This document shows, piece after piece, positions 12,538 through 13,998 of a stretch of DNA of 13,998 nt (positions are counted from its first letter, which is position 1; the number at the start of each line of letters is the position of its first letter). The DNA is taken from the IMG/VR virus record IMGVR_UViG_2740892233_000016, positions 1-13,998 of that record. The stretch is one strand, 5' to 3'. Origin of the DNA: a virus (lineage: Duplodnaviria > Heunggongvirae > Uroviricota > Caudoviricetes). The position numbers were made by a program, and so were the translations under genes. The notes under the pieces are model-generated. The model did not search any database, was not told the origin of the DNA, and worked only from the letters and a program-made list of their open reading frames with translations.

Positions 12538-13998
12538 TTATTCATCTTTCGGCGCAGAATGCTGGCGACCAAAAATCACCTCCATCCGCGCACCGCCCAG
12601 CATGCTCTCTCCGGCGACGATTTTACCCTCATATTGCTCGGTGATTTCGCGGGCTACCGCCAGCCCTACACCTTGCCCAGGGCGTAAAGTATCAACCCGT
12701 TGACCACGGTCGAAAATGACCTCTCGCTTGCTTAATGGAATACCGGGGCCATCATCCTCGACCACAATATAGAGATGCTCGTCGGTTTGCCTTGCAGAAA
12801 TTTCGACAAACTCGAGGCAATATTTACAGGCATTATCCAGCACGTTGCCCATCACCTCGACAAAATCGTTCTGCTCACCGACAAAGCTGATCTCTGGCGA
12901 AATATCGAGAGAGATATTGACCCCTTTGCGTTGATACACTTTGTTCAGCGCTGAGGTGAGATTGTCCAGCAGTGGGGCGACCGGATGCAGCTCGCGGCTG
13001 AGCAATGTCCCGCCGCGCATACTGGCACGATGCAGGTAGTAGCCAATTTGCTGTGAAATGCGGCTGATTTGCTCCAGCATTACCGGCTCAGCATCACTGA
13101 CGCTCATCTTTTCACTACGCAGAGAACGCAGCGTACTTTGCAGCACCGCCAGTGGCGTTTTCAGACTATGGGTCAGGTCGGTGAGCGTCGTACGGTATTT
13201 GTCGTAACGTTCGCGTTCACTTTTTAACAATCGGTTCAGGTTTCGTACCAGACTGGTCAGTTCTCGCGTTGTGGCTGGATTGAGCAATTCGCGGTTATGT
13301 TCTTCCAGTTCGCGGACTTCTTTTGCCAGGGCTTCGATGGGGCGTAAACTCCACCAGGCGGCGACCCACAGCAGCGGGATCACTAACAGCAGATTGGCTG
13401 AGAGCACATAGATAAACCAGCTCCAGACCATATAGGAACTTTTTAGCTCCACCGGAATGGTATCCACCACCACAATGGTTAATTTTGGCATCCGCGATGT
13501 TGCCGGGTAGACGTTTACTGCCACCGAGTGGGTCATCTCCGCGTCGTCATCATCTTCCCGCACTTCCTGCAACTGTTGCTGTATCGAATGATCTCCACTC
13601 AGCAAGAGGCTGGTATCGTTAACATCCGCTTCAATTTCATGAAAACCATTCGATTTCAGCCAGTCAGGCTGGATCATCTTCATCAGCCAGGGCACGTCAC
13701 GTTGCGCCCATAAAAGCTGCCCGTTCTCATCATAAATTAGCGTCATGGTGGGGCTTTGCTTGTCGATATTTTCGGGTAACTCGACATGCAACTTATTGTT
13801 TTCCCACTTCGCAAGGGTATAGAACAGATTGCTCTCGCCACGTAACAGCCGAAACGTAGTTTTATCGAAACTGACGCTATAACCGATCAGCGCGACCATT
13901 CCGTAGGCAAGCGAAAGCACCAGTACTACCGCAGCCGTTGCCAACAGAAAACGTACCCGCAGTGAGAGCGGGAAAAAAAGACGCAGTAATTTTTTCAT
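12538..13998 (-). CDS. phoQ: Sensor histidine kinase PhoQ
   Basis: 486 aa; translation matches E. coli PhoQ along its length as recalled ([60 protein letters not shown]... , H-box ...[13 protein letters not shown]..., ATP-binding domain ...DDGPGIP...[12 protein letters not shown]...). Confidence 0.97.
   Translation of the reverse strand: MKKLLRLFFPLSLRVRFLLATAAVVLVLSLAYGMVALIGYSVSFDKTTFRLLRGESNLFYTLAKWENNKLHVELPENIDKQSPTMTLIYDENGQLLWAQRDVPWLMKMIQPDWLKSNGFHEIEADVNDTSLLLSGDHSIQQQLQEVREDDDDAEMTHSVAVNVYPATSRMPKLTIVVVDTIPVELKSSYMVWSWFIYVLSANLLLVIPLLWVAAWWSLRPIEALAKEVRELEEHNRELLNPATTRELTSLVRNLNRLLKSERERYDKYRTTLTDLTHSLKTPLAVLQSTLRSLRSEKMSVSDAEPVMLEQISRISQQIGYYLHRASMRGGTLLSRELHPVAPLLDNLTSALNKVYQRKGVNISLDISPEISFVGEQNDFVEVMGNVLDNACKYCLEFVEISARQTDEHLYIVVEDDGPGIPLSKREVIFDRGQRVDTLRPGQGVGLAVAREITEQYEGKIVAGESMLGGARMEVIFGRQHSAPKDE

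Noticed and set aside
12482-12703. 73-aa + strand ORF overlapping the 3' end of phoQ
   Set aside because: Antisense to phoQ, which is supported along its full length.

Overview
The window is about 12.5 kb of an integrated phage-satellite island (PICI-like, cos-type) followed by the chromosomal sensor kinase gene phoQ on the minus strand (12538..13998). The island runs from a P4-family tyrosine integrase that starts at base 1 (left attachment site is outside the window) through: an AlpA-family regulator; two tandem, diverged copies of a repressor/operator/early-gene module, each with its own Arc-like ribbon-helix-helix repressor; a RepA-like AAA ATPase; an iteron array directly after its stop codon (putative origin); SSB; a PerC-like regulator; a late promoter built from three palindromes; lambda gpE-like major capsid and gpD-like decoration genes; and a lambda Nu1-like small terminase gene bracketed by two convergent lambda-type cos sites. 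No tRNA, rRNA or CRISPR array was seen. All protein assignments come from reading the translations against remembered family sequences; no database search was possible. Two 10-base N runs (3874..3883, 7294..7303) interrupt the sequence, the first at a module junction. The most interesting features are the satellite-borne capsid genes without portal, protease or large terminase, the dual convergent cos sites, and the duplicated immunity-like modules with distinct operators.
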